Shown in pieces: positions 53,644-62,751 of a stretch of 64,000 nt of DNA. How positions within the stretch are numbered: position 1 is the first letter of the stretch; each line of letters begins with the position of its first letter. The translations under genes and the position numbers were made by a program. The DNA lies in the NCBI GenBank assembly GCA_963662315.1, contig OY759353.1, positions 1,792,001 through 1,856,000 on the forward strand. Reading direction: 5' to 3'. The notes beneath the pieces were generated by a model, which searched no databases, had not been told where the DNA came from, and saw nothing but the letters and a program-made list of their open reading frames with translations. The DNA is from Geopsychrobacteraceae bacterium (GTDB lineage Bacteria; Desulfobacterota; Desulfuromonadia; Desulfuromonadales; Geopsychrobacteraceae).

Positions 53644-54959
53644 ACTACCCGGTCTGGAACCTGACAACCTACGGTGGAGGCTTTTTGATTGCTCTGATTG
53701 CGATTGTTCATGTGCTGGTTTCGCACTTTGCTGTTGGCGGCGGCGCCTTCCTGGTCCTTCTGGAGCGCAAAGCGTATCAGGAAAACAACCATAACCTGCT
53801 CAATTACGTTAAAACCCACAGCAAGTTTTTCCTGTTGCTGACCATGGTATTCGGCGGCCTGACAGGGGTCGGCATCTGGTGGACCATCGCCCTGCTCAAC
53901 CCGGCAGCAACCTCAGCTCTGATTCATATTTTCGTCTTCGGCTGGGCTGCTGAATGGGTGTTCTTTGTCGGTGAGATCGTCGCCCTGTTCATCTACTTCT
54001 ATACCTTTGGCAAGATGGACCGCAAAAACCACATGATCATCGGCTGGCTCTATTTTCTGTGTGCCTGGATGTCCCTGTTCCTGATCAACGGTATTATCGA
54101 TTTCATGCTGACCCCCGGCGCCTGGCTCGACAACGGCAATTTCTGGTCCGGTTTTTTCAACCCGACCTTCTGGCCTTCCCTGGTTTTCCGTACCGGTCTG
54201 TCTCTGGTCCTTTGCGGTGTGTTCGGCTATGTCACAGCGGCATTTCTTAACCATACAGATCTGCGCCAGCGTTTGTTACGCCTGTGTGCCCGTTGGATTG
54301 CGCTACCATTTATCCTGATGCTGATCGGTGGCTGGTGGTATATTACGGCACTCCCGGCCGAGCAATCGTTCATGATTTTCACCAAATCGCCGGAACTGGG
54401 CCGCTTTGTTACGGCCATATTCTGGCTGTTGCCCATTCTGTTTCTTGCCTCCATGCTCATGGCCTTTAAACTGCCACAGAGTTTTCAGAAAGGGTTCTGC
54501 TTTGTTGTTGTGGCCATCGCCCTGATCTATTTTGGCGCGTTTGAATTCGTGCGCGAAGGTGGCCGTCGTCCTTATGTCATTCACAACTACATGTATGCCA
54601 ACCAGATTTATGTTAAGGATGTGTCCACCATTCAGCAGACCGGATTTCTGCCAACATCCAAATGGGCGCACAACAAAGATATCAATAATGACAACCTGCT
54701 CAGCGCCGGCCAGGAACTCTTCAAATTCCAGTGTAGTACCTGCCATTCTATCGGCGGCCCCCTTAACGACATGCGCCATCTCTCCGCCAAATATGACAGT
54801 GTCTTCGGCATGGATGCCAAATTAAATGGTCTTGGCAACATGAACAATTACATGCCGCCGTTTTTAGGAACCCGTGCCGAACGCTGGGCTCTGGCCAACT
54901 ACATTGTCCATAGTCCTGATATTCACCCTCAACCACATGCAACTGCCGCCAGCCATTAA
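53640..54959 (+). CDS. Cytochrome bd subunit I (CydA)-like protein fused to a monoheme cytochrome c
   Basis: HVLVSHFAVGGG, EWVFFVGE, FVREGGRRPY (compare CydA ExGRQPW), C-terminal CSTCH...YMPPF. Confidence 0.8.
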   Translation: MNYPVWNLTTYGGGFLIALIAIVHVLVSHFAVGGGAFLVLLERKAYQENNHNLLNYVKTHSKFFLLLTMVFGGLTGVGIWWTIALLNPAATSALIHIFVFGWAAEWVFFVGEIVALFIYFYTFGKMDRKNHMIIGWLYFLCAWMSLFLINGIIDFMLTPGAWLDNGNFWSGFFNPTFWPSLVFRTGLSLVLCGVFGYVTAAFLNHTDLRQRLLRLCARWIALPFILMLIGGWWYITALPAEQSFMIFTKSPELGRFVTAIFWLLPILFLASMLMAFKLPQSFQKGFCFVVVAIALIYFGAFEFVREGGRRPYVIHNYMYANQIYVKDVSTIQQTGFLPTSKWAHNKDINNDNLLSAGQELFKFQCSTCHSIGGPLNDMRHLSAKYDSVFGMDAKLNGLGNMNNYMPPFLGTRAERWALANYIVHSPDIHPQPHATAASH

Positions 54960-54978
54960 GCCTGAAGGGACAAAGATA

Positions 54979-56460
54979 ATGAAAAGAAACCTGACAACTC
55001 CGGCCGTTATCATGCTGGCCCTGGTAGCTTTTGGCCTGGGCACTTCGCTATCTCTTGCGGCCAACACTCAAGCTCAGCGTGCGTTTACGCCCCTGGCGGA
55101 AGCGGACGGGCTAAATCTTGGCAATCCGGTCTTTACTGAAAAGGATCTGCCCATTGAAATCCCAACCTTTGACAAAGAAACCAGTGAATACGTGTTGCTG
55201 GCCTGGAACAATCTGGGGATGCATTGTATTTCCGACAGTGATCCATACTGGATTCTGCTGCCCCCGGCCAACGATCTGTTTGCCCAGTTGGTGAAACGTG
55301 GCGACAGTCCGGAAATCATTACCGAGGGGGTCGAACTCAGCTTTGCGGTTGAGTATGGCTTTAACCATCCGGAGCGTCAGGTCCGTTTCTGGGACTTTGC
55401 CGATAAATTATTGGGAGCAGAGCTGAAACCAGGGGTTGGTGTTAGTGGCAACCACGTTTCAGGCCTGATGAAATTTGAAGACGACAAACGTGTCTTTGGC
55501 GCAACCTTTATCCCCGTTGTGCCCTACACTGACAAGGGTGAATATAATCCCTATCCGATCTTCACCATCACTGCCAAAGACCAGAAGACCGGGAAGATTC
55601 TGGCCACCACCAAAACCGTCGCACCAACGTCCACAGAGATGGGCTGCAAAAATTGCCATGGTGGAGGCTGGCGCGTAGAAGGGGTCGCCGGGTTCACCGA
55701 TGCAACCAGCCTGGACATCCTGGTTGCCCATGATAAAAACAGCGGAACCAACCTGGCCGAAAAAGCTAAAAATGGCGAGCCGATGCTGTGTCAATCCTGC
55801 CACGCTGATCCGGTGCTGGGAACCAAAGGAAACCCGGAACTACTGAATTTCCCCGCAGCGCTGCATGGTTGGCATGCCAATTACCTGACTGATCGCGAAG
55901 GGATGCAAGCCTGTGTGGCCTGCCACCCATCGCGCCCCGATGGACCGACCCAATGCTTCCGCAGTCATCATGCCCAGTTCATGGACTGTACAAACTGCCA
56001 CGGAACGATGGAAGATCACGCGCTATCGCTACTGAAAAAAGAGCACGACGCCGGAAAAAAAGGCGCCGCGCGCTTAATGGCAAAACTGAAACCACGTAAT
56101 GTCGAGTCCATTGAGCAAATCAAGCCACGCACCCCCTGGATCAACTTGCCCGACTGTCTGAACTGTCATGAGGACTTCCAGATGGGTTCGACTGTCGATG
56201 CGTTCAATACCTGGACCGAAGGGGCATCAGATCTGTACCGCAACCGCAGGGATCAGATGGAAGCAATCATGTGTGAAGCCTGCCATGGCAGCACTCATGC
56301 TGTCTATCCGGCAACCTTCAACAAGTTTGGCAGCCACAGAGACAGCATTCAACCATTGCAATATCAGGGCAACGACCGCCCCATTGGTAACGACTGTACT
56401 GTCTGCCATACCGTCCAGCCTGAGTTTGAAGGGCACCATCCAAATTCATTACGTTTGTAA
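54979..56460 (+). CDS. Exported multiheme cytochrome c (7 CxxCH)
   Basis: Signal peptide; CKNCH, CQSCH, CVACH, CTNCH, CLNCH, CEACH, CTVCH; N-terminal WNNLGMHC domain. Confidence 0.92.
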   Translation: MKRNLTTPAVIMLALVAFGLGTSLSLAANTQAQRAFTPLAEADGLNLGNPVFTEKDLPIEIPTFDKETSEYVLLAWNNLGMHCISDSDPYWILLPPANDLFAQLVKRGDSPEIITEGVELSFAVEYGFNHPERQVRFWDFADKLLGAELKPGVGVSGNHVSGLMKFEDDKRVFGATFIPVVPYTDKGEYNPYPIFTITAKDQKTGKILATTKTVAPTSTEMGCKNCHGGGWRVEGVAGFTDATSLDILVAHDKNSGTNLAEKAKNGEPMLCQSCHADPVLGTKGNPELLNFPAALHGWHANYLTDREGMQACVACHPSRPDGPTQCFRSHHAQFMDCTNCHGTMEDHALSLLKKEHDAGKKGAARLMAKLKPRNVESIEQIKPRTPWINLPDCLNCHEDFQMGSTVDAFNTWTEGASDLYRNRRDQMEAIMCEACHGSTHAVYPATFNKFGSHRDSIQPLQYQGNDRPIGNDCTVCHTVQPEFEGHHPNSLRL

Positions 56461-56486
56461 TCGCAACCTCGGTAATATACCAACCG

Positions 56487-56520
56487 ACACGGCAGCCAAA
56501 TACCTGTCTGGCTGCCGTGT
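56487..56520 (+). terminator. Stem-loop ending the cytochrome operon
   Basis: ACACGGCAGCCA / TGGCTGCCGTGT. Confidence 0.6.
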
Positions 56521-56628
56521 GAACGCGACCTATACCATAGTTCAATTCAACTTCGTTCTAGCAGCATATACTTGACAGCTAGATTAGATTTTAATAATCT
56601 TCTGACAACCATATCCTGCGGAGCATCG

Positions 56629-57960
56629 ATGGAAACAAAAACCTACAAAATCGTCTTTTCCGGTGACCTTGCTTTTGATACTGATGCCGATGAAGTCAGT
56701 GCTGCCTTGGCTGAGAAATGTCGCTACCCGCAACCCGTTATCGATAAAATTCTGAATAGTAAAAAGATCACTATCAAAAAAGGGCTGTCCTCAGAGGACG
56801 CCCTTCGCTATAAGAGTTTCTTTGATCGCCTTGGCCTGATGTGCGATATGGTTTCAGAGCAGGAAGTCCAGCAGATTCCGCCGTTACTGCAGCAAGAAAC
56901 GGTTGCCAAACCGCAAGCAGCGGGCCGCACCTGTCCGAAATGCGGGGCATCCGGACAGCTTGAAGGCACATGTCTTAATTGCGGCATTATTTTTGAGCGT
57001 TTTGAAAACGTCCGCACCAGAAACTATGAATATGACATGTCTCCCCAGGATATTATCGAGCCCACCATTACCGGCGATCCACTCTGGCAAAGATTGGTCC
57101 AGCACCCAGGCATACAGACCCTGATCATGTTGGCTGTGATTTTCCTGATTCGTGGCCCGTTGCACAATTTATACCTTCTTGCTATAGCCATGGGCAGTGT
57201 CGGAGTCATTGCCTATTTTCTCTTTCAGGCCAGCGAAACGGGTGATTCGGCACTTGATCTTTGCTCCTCTCATATTGCCCTTTGGCCACAAAAACTGGAA
57301 AGGGACGAGACGATTTCCCGTGACAGAAGTCTTTGGCCGATCATACCGACCTATAGTCAGATCATTTTATTTTACCTGTTCCTTCTGTTTCTTCCCGGCA
57401 AGTTGGCCACGCTCAGCTTTTTCCCCGCTGAAAAATCAACCCTGGTCACAATTATCAATTTTTTCCTGGCCCCACTGATCCACACCGATAATCAACATTT
57501 ATGGCCAAACATGACCATTTTATGGCTATTGATTTCTCATATGGAGCAGTGCTCAACGCGTCAGAAACTGAGCTATCTGTGTGCAGCAACATTACTGCCA
57601 CAGGGGCTCTATACCCTGCTGACCTTGTCCCTTGGTCAGACTCCCCATGTCGTTGGCTCTTCAGCACTGATCGCCTCCCTACTGGGCACTATCATCGCAG
57701 TGCAGCCCCGCGCCTTCATAACCGGCTCACTACCCTTAATCAGTCCGCTCTCAGCGCTGACACGTATCAGTGTAAAGGTTGAGATTCAACCGCTTGTCCT
57801 GACTGGCCTGTTCTTTTTATTTGCCGTCGGTGGTAATCTGCCCCAAGTTAAAATATCTGACAGCCAGGATCTTTTATACCCACTGTCGGGGCTTGTTTGT
57901 GGTCTTGTGGCAGGTTACTTACATGTGCTGCGGAGCAAGAAAACTAAACAAAAAAAGTAG
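56629..57960 (+). CDS. Rhomboid-like membrane protein with N-terminal soluble and zinc-ribbon domains
   Basis: CPKC..CLNC; HTDNQHLWPNM and VGSS rhomboid motifs. Confidence 0.7.
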   Translation: METKTYKIVFSGDLAFDTDADEVSAALAEKCRYPQPVIDKILNSKKITIKKGLSSEDALRYKSFFDRLGLMCDMVSEQEVQQIPPLLQQETVAKPQAAGRTCPKCGASGQLEGTCLNCGIIFERFENVRTRNYEYDMSPQDIIEPTITGDPLWQRLVQHPGIQTLIMLAVIFLIRGPLHNLYLLAIAMGSVGVIAYFLFQASETGDSALDLCSSHIALWPQKLERDETISRDRSLWPIIPTYSQIILFYLFLLFLPGKLATLSFFPAEKSTLVTIINFFLAPLIHTDNQHLWPNMTILWLLISHMEQCSTRQKLSYLCAATLLPQGLYTLLTLSLGQTPHVVGSSALIASLLGTIIAVQPRAFITGSLPLISPLSALTRISVKVEIQPLVLTGLFFLFAVGGNLPQVKISDSQDLLYPLSGLVCGLVAGYLHVLRSKKTKQKK

Positions 57961-58054
57961 CGAGCATAATGCTTACTGCGAACTTAGCGCGAATCGCGGG
58001 TGCTCCCTTCTTCAATAAGCATTTATTTCTCAGGAAATCCCACCACACACCTTG

Positions 58055-58981
58055 CTAACGGATAATCCTAATGCCTGACAGCCCGGCAGTTTTTTCGGCC
58101 AGTTCACGAAGATGAAGGCGCTGGATAGCGGCAACCAACCGTTCGACATCCGTGGCCATAGCCATGGTCTCCAGATCAAACTGAACCCCGCAGATATAGT
58201 TGAAACTGTTAAAACGCCGCAAAGGCACAATGCGTCGAACCATACCGTTGAGACTCAGATCGCCACAGCCTTCGACCTTGACTCCAAGGTGCAACTGATC
58301 GCCGACGACGAAGGAGGGTTCGTTATCCGGGATCAAAAACCCTAGCCCGCTGACGCTGATATCTTCAATCTGATAAAATGGTCCTATTGCCTGCCCCTGG
58401 TCATTCAGCAGAGAGACCTTGGCATTGACAGCAGAGAGGACTTTGGCACGAAAACTGCGGAAACCTTTGATAACGCGTCCGATTTGGGGAAAGTCGAAAA
58501 CCAGGCACGGGTTACTGGAATCGTTGTAGACATTGCGAAAGGTGCAGCCGAGTTCAACAGCGATAGTGCCGGTATAGTATTTGAACACTGCCGATGTGTA
58601 ATGGCGGATGCTGACGTTTCCCATATTGGGGGACAAGGGCGAAGTCAGAAGAAAATTGGTCGCTTTAAGATATTCACCCAAATCTTGAGGAGGGTTGATC
58701 AGTGTTTGTTTCTCTTGCTCCAGCAGAGTTTGGATTATTTCATTGTTATCAGCTACTACGGTAAAAAAAGCCCGTGTCAGCTGGGCAATATCGACTTCGA
58801 TCAGATGTTCTTCAAGCAGGGCAGTTTGCAAGTAAGGAACGATGGTTTTGGCGCCGGACAAGATCTGGATGTTGTTTTCCGCATAAACTTCAGCCTCCTC
58901 CCTGTTACCTTCATAGTCGGCGAAATAACTTCGGTATAACTGGTCGACTTCCTCGGGGGGCAAATCGTCACTCTGCAGCAT
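58055..58981 (-). CDS. PilZ domain protein
   Basis: FRSFR, DISVSGLGF, G.VRR, GVQF. Confidence 0.75.
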   Translation of the reverse strand: MLQSDDLPPEEVDQLYRSYFADYEGNREEAEVYAENNIQILSGAKTIVPYLQTALLEEHLIEVDIAQLTRAFFTVVADNNEIIQTLLEQEKQTLINPPQDLGEYLKATNFLLTSPLSPNMGNVSIRHYTSAVFKYYTGTIAVELGCTFRNVYNDSSNPCLVFDFPQIGRVIKGFRSFRAKVLSAVNAKVSLLNDQGQAIGPFYQIEDISVSGLGFLIPDNEPSFVVGDQLHLGVKVEGCGDLSLNGMVRRIVPLRRFNSFNYICGVQFDLETMAMATDVERLVAAIQRLHLRELAEKTAGLSGIRIIR

Positions 58982-59021
58982 GAAAAAACCTCGTGAAGCA
59001 CCTTTTGGATAACGATAATTT

Positions 59022-59381
59022 TTATTGGCGCAGGTTGTCTATGATTACTTTTAACTCTTCGAGCTGAATGGGTTTGCTCAATATGTAGTCAGCACCGCAA
59101 CTGCGCGCCATATTGAGGCGTTGCGTGTTGGTTTCGGAAGTGACCATGCAAACTTTGGTTTGATTTCCGCTACCGCGAATTGAGATAATCAGATCGAGCC
59201 CGCTCATACTGTCCATATACCAGTCAGTAAAAATCAGATCCGGGGTTTCATCATCTATGGCTTGCCAGGCGGATTTTCCGTCATCGGCCTCAATGAAGGT
59301 TGCATCCGGCAGAAACAGTTCAATCGATTTCCTGACGGCACATCGGGCCACTCTACTATCGTCGACCAAAAGTATTTTCAC
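59022..59381 (-). CDS. Single-domain response regulator (CheY-like)
   Basis: LLVDD, TDWYM, VTS, SKP. Confidence 0.93.
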   Translation of the reverse strand: MKILLVDDSRVARCAVRKSIELFLPDATFIEADDGKSAWQAIDDETPDLIFTDWYMDSMSGLDLIISIRGSGNQTKVCMVTSETNTQRLNMARSCGADYILSKPIQLEELKVIIDNLRQ

Positions 59382-59393
59382 GAACCCTCCATC

Positions 59394-59840
59394 TCAGGTT
59401 GTTTGGCAAACCTGTATGATAAATTCTTCCCCCCCAACGGCGAGAAACCTTTTCTGAAAGATTGCATCGATCTTGAATAACGAGAGCAATGCGTCATTGC
59501 CGAAGGATATGGTCGGCCGTGACAGTTCACTGTCGCCGAAAAAATTGACTTTAATATTGCCCGCCAGGACGTTGACAAGTTCTTTTAAACAGTCCTGAAT
59601 ATCGTCCAGTGACACCTCTGCCTGTGGTTTCTGAAACATATGGGCAGACACCATACGGGCCAACGGCTCAGCCAGCGCCAGCGAAAGGGAACCATCGTGG
59701 GTGCCGCGGGTGAAGATTACTGACGCGGTGTACAGCTCATCCTTCTGCTGCAAATCACGTTCATCTCCCGAGGAGATATCCACGCCGGAAGCTTTGGTCC
59801 AACAGATTCTGATCAGATTTTCAATTGCGGAATTTTCCAT
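59394..59840 (-). CDS. cheX: CheX family phosphatase
   Basis: DCLKELVNVLAGNIK...LSRP motif; upstream of a CheY-like gene. Confidence 0.82.
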   Translation of the reverse strand: MENSAIENLIRICWTKASGVDISSGDERDLQQKDELYTASVIFTRGTHDGSLSLALAEPLARMVSAHMFQKPQAEVSLDDIQDCLKELVNVLAGNIKVNFFGDSELSRPTISFGNDALLSLFKIDAIFQKRFLAVGGEEFIIQVCQTT

Positions 59841-59928
59841 ATCACCTGTCCCGGGGTGCAATCCCTGGAAAGCACACATCATGATAGCGGTGGGGATCTC
59901 CGTGTAAAAACAAACAAATTAAATCTAG

Positions 59929-59971
59929 CAAATAAACAAAAATTAATCAACATGCAACTTTTGTTTATTTG
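59929..59971. promoter_or_regulatory. 13 bp perfect inverted repeat
   Basis: CAAATAAACAAAA-N17-TTTTGTTTATTTG. Confidence 0.45.
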
Positions 59972-60075
59972 TTATAGTGAGAGCGTTTTTTTGCTTCAAA
60001 CAACCACTTGAGTCAATTGTTGCGGTCCCGGGGAAACTTCAGGAGAAATTCCTGTTTATGGCAACAAGGGGTGAT

Positions 60076-60153
60076 ATGCCAAACCTAACCTGGCAAGAAA
60101 TGACGATGAGCACGTGGCATGAGTTCCCCCTCGGTTTTTATCTACAGGTGTAA
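60076..60153 (+). CDS. Candidate small peptide (25 aa)
   Basis: AAGGGGTGAT RBS followed by MPNLTWQEMTMSTWHEFPLGFYLQV*. Confidence 0.35.
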   Translation: MPNLTWQEMTMSTWHEFPLGFYLQV

Positions 60154-60506
60154 TCACTGAGGAGAGACGCTTGAAAGATTGTAGGAGTAGCTGACAGGCA
60201 CAGAAAATAGCTGAACAATCAGGCAGGCCCCCTCCCGCTTGAATCTTTTTGGCGTTAATTAATGTGAAACGGCACGACGGTCAAGTCATGACTCTAACGA
60301 CTGAAAGCTTCCCATCGTACACTGTGGCTTTTCTGAGTTACAGGGGAAGGGAGAAAAACATTTTACCCCTCTCTTCCTGTCCTCGGCAGAAGATATTTTC
60401 CTGTTGAGTAAATGGCGTATGTTTAATAGACTTTCGGGCTCTATCATTGACTCACAAAGCTCACCGTTCACGTCGCTTCCAGCGGCGAAAAGGATATCTT
60501 AACATC

Positions 60507-61889
60507 ATGCAAGTAACGAACGTTTCAATTCTGCCGACCGAGGCAGCTAAAGCCGCAGGCCGTCCTGCTTTGACCCCGGAACTTCTTGCCGCCAGCGGCG
60601 CTCGCTACTCACGCAACAATGAAGGGCTTGATGCGATTCTGTCCAAAATCGATCCGGATAATCTCGATAAATCGGTCGATGGCATCTTTAAAATGATCGA
60701 CTATGGTCATCAGTCTATTGCCGACATGGCACCGGTGTCCATGTTTATCGACGATATTTCCATTCTGCTGGCCTACCTGATCTGGAGTTGGTGCCCCACC
60801 GCTGGTGGTCAGGAATCATCGACCCGTTATATCAAACTGGATAAATCAGGGCTGGTTGAACCTGCTTTACTCGGCGTCCCTGTGGACCAGCACGAGCAGT
60901 GGTACCGCTTTATGGAAAAATGTTTCGGCGCTTATGAAGACGCGCTCACATTCTGGGATCAGGTCGGCGCGAACAATCCCGATCTGACCATGATCCCCCA
61001 GGCGTTACTCAATGATCCGAGCGAAAAGGCGCAGAAACAGTTGGCGCGCATGAAGCGAAACTATGCCTTTGATCGCGCCCGCTATTTCCTGCCGGTCGCG
61101 GCCAAAACCAATATCATGCTGATCATGTCGTCACGTGGCTGGGTACAGCTGTGTCAGAACCTGCTGTCTCACTGGCTTCCTGAGGCCAAAGTTCTGGGCG
61201 AAAAAATCCGGGAGGAATTAAGTCTGTCCGCCCCGCGCATGATAAAACACGCAGAAGCCAAGCCCTCCTTTATTGCCGGTCACCAGAATGATTTTCAGAC
61301 CCTGGCGCAGCAGGCCGTTACACAAACCATTCCGGAAGGGGAAGCGGAAACGCTGGCAACCTTTGATATTTATCCTCCGACCGGGGTTAGCGAAGCGGAT
61401 CTGATTGCGGCCCTTGCCATCCACGACAACCGCTACGCCATGACCGGCTCGGCCGCCAGCCGTACTGCCGTACGCTTTGCCTGGTCAGCGATGACCATCG
61501 CTGAAATCCGCGACCTCAACCGTCACCGCACCGGCCAGAAGTACTGCCCACTCATCCCTCAGGGCTTTTATTGCGCCGAAGAGCAGTTGCCGAAGAACAC
61601 GCCATTGGCTGCTGAATTTGTCGCCCTTGGCAACCGGTCAACCATGCAGGCACGTCAACAACTGGCCGCTCAAGCCCCTGGCTACTGTGCCTGGTTGCTA
61701 CTGGGTTCGCAATTTATCTTCGAGCACACAACCATGCTCGACAAGTTTGTTTACGAAGCTGAACTGCGCACCGGAACCGGAGCCCACTACAAATACGCCA
61801 CCCATTTACGAGAAGCGGTAGCCGGACTAAGCCAACACTACCCGGAACTGGCAAAGGCCATAGCCCTGGGATCGAACGAACCGGAATAG
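60507..61889 (+). CDS. thyX: FAD-dependent thymidylate synthase, tandem two-domain ThyX type
   Basis: ARYSR, YGHQSIAD, QESSTRY, FDRARYFLP, RDLNRHR, ELRT..GAH. Confidence 0.8.
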   Translation: MQVTNVSILPTEAAKAAGRPALTPELLAASGARYSRNNEGLDAILSKIDPDNLDKSVDGIFKMIDYGHQSIADMAPVSMFIDDISILLAYLIWSWCPTAGGQESSTRYIKLDKSGLVEPALLGVPVDQHEQWYRFMEKCFGAYEDALTFWDQVGANNPDLTMIPQALLNDPSEKAQKQLARMKRNYAFDRARYFLPVAAKTNIMLIMSSRGWVQLCQNLLSHWLPEAKVLGEKIREELSLSAPRMIKHAEAKPSFIAGHQNDFQTLAQQAVTQTIPEGEAETLATFDIYPPTGVSEADLIAALAIHDNRYAMTGSAASRTAVRFAWSAMTIAEIRDLNRHRTGQKYCPLIPQGFYCAEEQLPKNTPLAAEFVALGNRSTMQARQQLAAQAPGYCAWLLLGSQFIFEHTTMLDKFVYEAELRTGTGAHYKYATHLREAVAGLSQHYPELAKAIALGSNEPE

Positions 61890-61925
61890 AGCTGCCGTAA
61901 GAAGAACCGGACAATAGGGAAAAAC

Positions 61926-61964
61926 GCAGAACGCCCAGCTGACTGTCTCAGCCGGGCGTTCTGC
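61926..61964. terminator. Stem-loop between convergent genes
   Basis: GCAGAACGCCC...GGGCGTTCTGC. Confidence 0.7.
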
Positions 61965-62004
61965 ATTACAAGGCTATCAACCAAGTATTAATCAGGTCCA
62001 GAAA

Positions 62005-62634
62005 TTATCGATGTGAAGTTGCCAGCAAAGCTCCAAAACCAACAAAAATAGAACCGCTGATCCGGCCGAACATTTTCATCCGTTCCGGTTTGAGCAACCA
62101 CAACTTTGCCCGGCAAGCCAGAAAAGCATAGAACACCAGAAACAGGAATGAAAACAGCATAAGGGTTGACATCAGAATAATGAACTGAGGCAGAACCGGA
62201 GCATCGACAACAACAAACTGGGGAAACAAGGCGGTCAGAAAAACGATGGCCTTGGGATTACTCAGGGCAACTCCGATCGCCTGCAGGTATATTTTCAGGA
62301 TAGATTTTTCGGCCGGGTTAAACTCCCCCTGAAGTTGATTGAGGTCGATACCCCGTTGGCGGAAAAGCCGTATCCCCAGATAAACCAGATATGCCGCTCC
62401 GACATATTTGATCAGGTTAAAGGCAAGTGCTGAAGCATTGAGCAGTGCCCCCAGACCCGTTATGGCAACTGCCCCCATCAGCAACAGCCCGGTAATGTTT
62501 CCAAGCGCCGCAAAGGTTGCTTTGCGCAGTCCGTGCAAAGTGGCATTAGTCATAGCAAACAAGACCGCCGGACCGGGAGTTGACGTTGCAGCCAGAACCA
62601 GGACCAGATACAAAAACCAATTATGGACCATCAC
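62005..62634 (-). CDS. LysE/RhtB family translocator
   Basis: TPGP, GAAYLVYLG, NPKAIVF...FPQF. Confidence 0.93.
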   Translation of the reverse strand: MMVHNWFLYLVLVLAATSTPGPAVLFAMTNATLHGLRKATFAALGNITGLLLMGAVAITGLGALLNASALAFNLIKYVGAAYLVYLGIRLFRQRGIDLNQLQGEFNPAEKSILKIYLQAIGVALSNPKAIVFLTALFPQFVVVDAPVLPQFIILMSTLMLFSFLFLVFYAFLACRAKLWLLKPERMKMFGRISGSIFVGFGALLATSHR

Positions 62635-62751
62635 CAGAGACCTCCTAAGCTCTCTGGCTCAGATTATAGTGAAAAGTCTTCAACGCAAAACAAAAAGAGC
62701 GCTATCAAAGCCGCTCTTCTCACTTTTTATTTCAATTGTTTTCAAACCAAG

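Noticed and set aside
54874..54978. Possible frameshift fusing the CydA-cytochrome c gene to the multiheme gene
   Set aside because: The downstream gene has its own RBS-like sequence, an ATG at 54979 and a signal peptide
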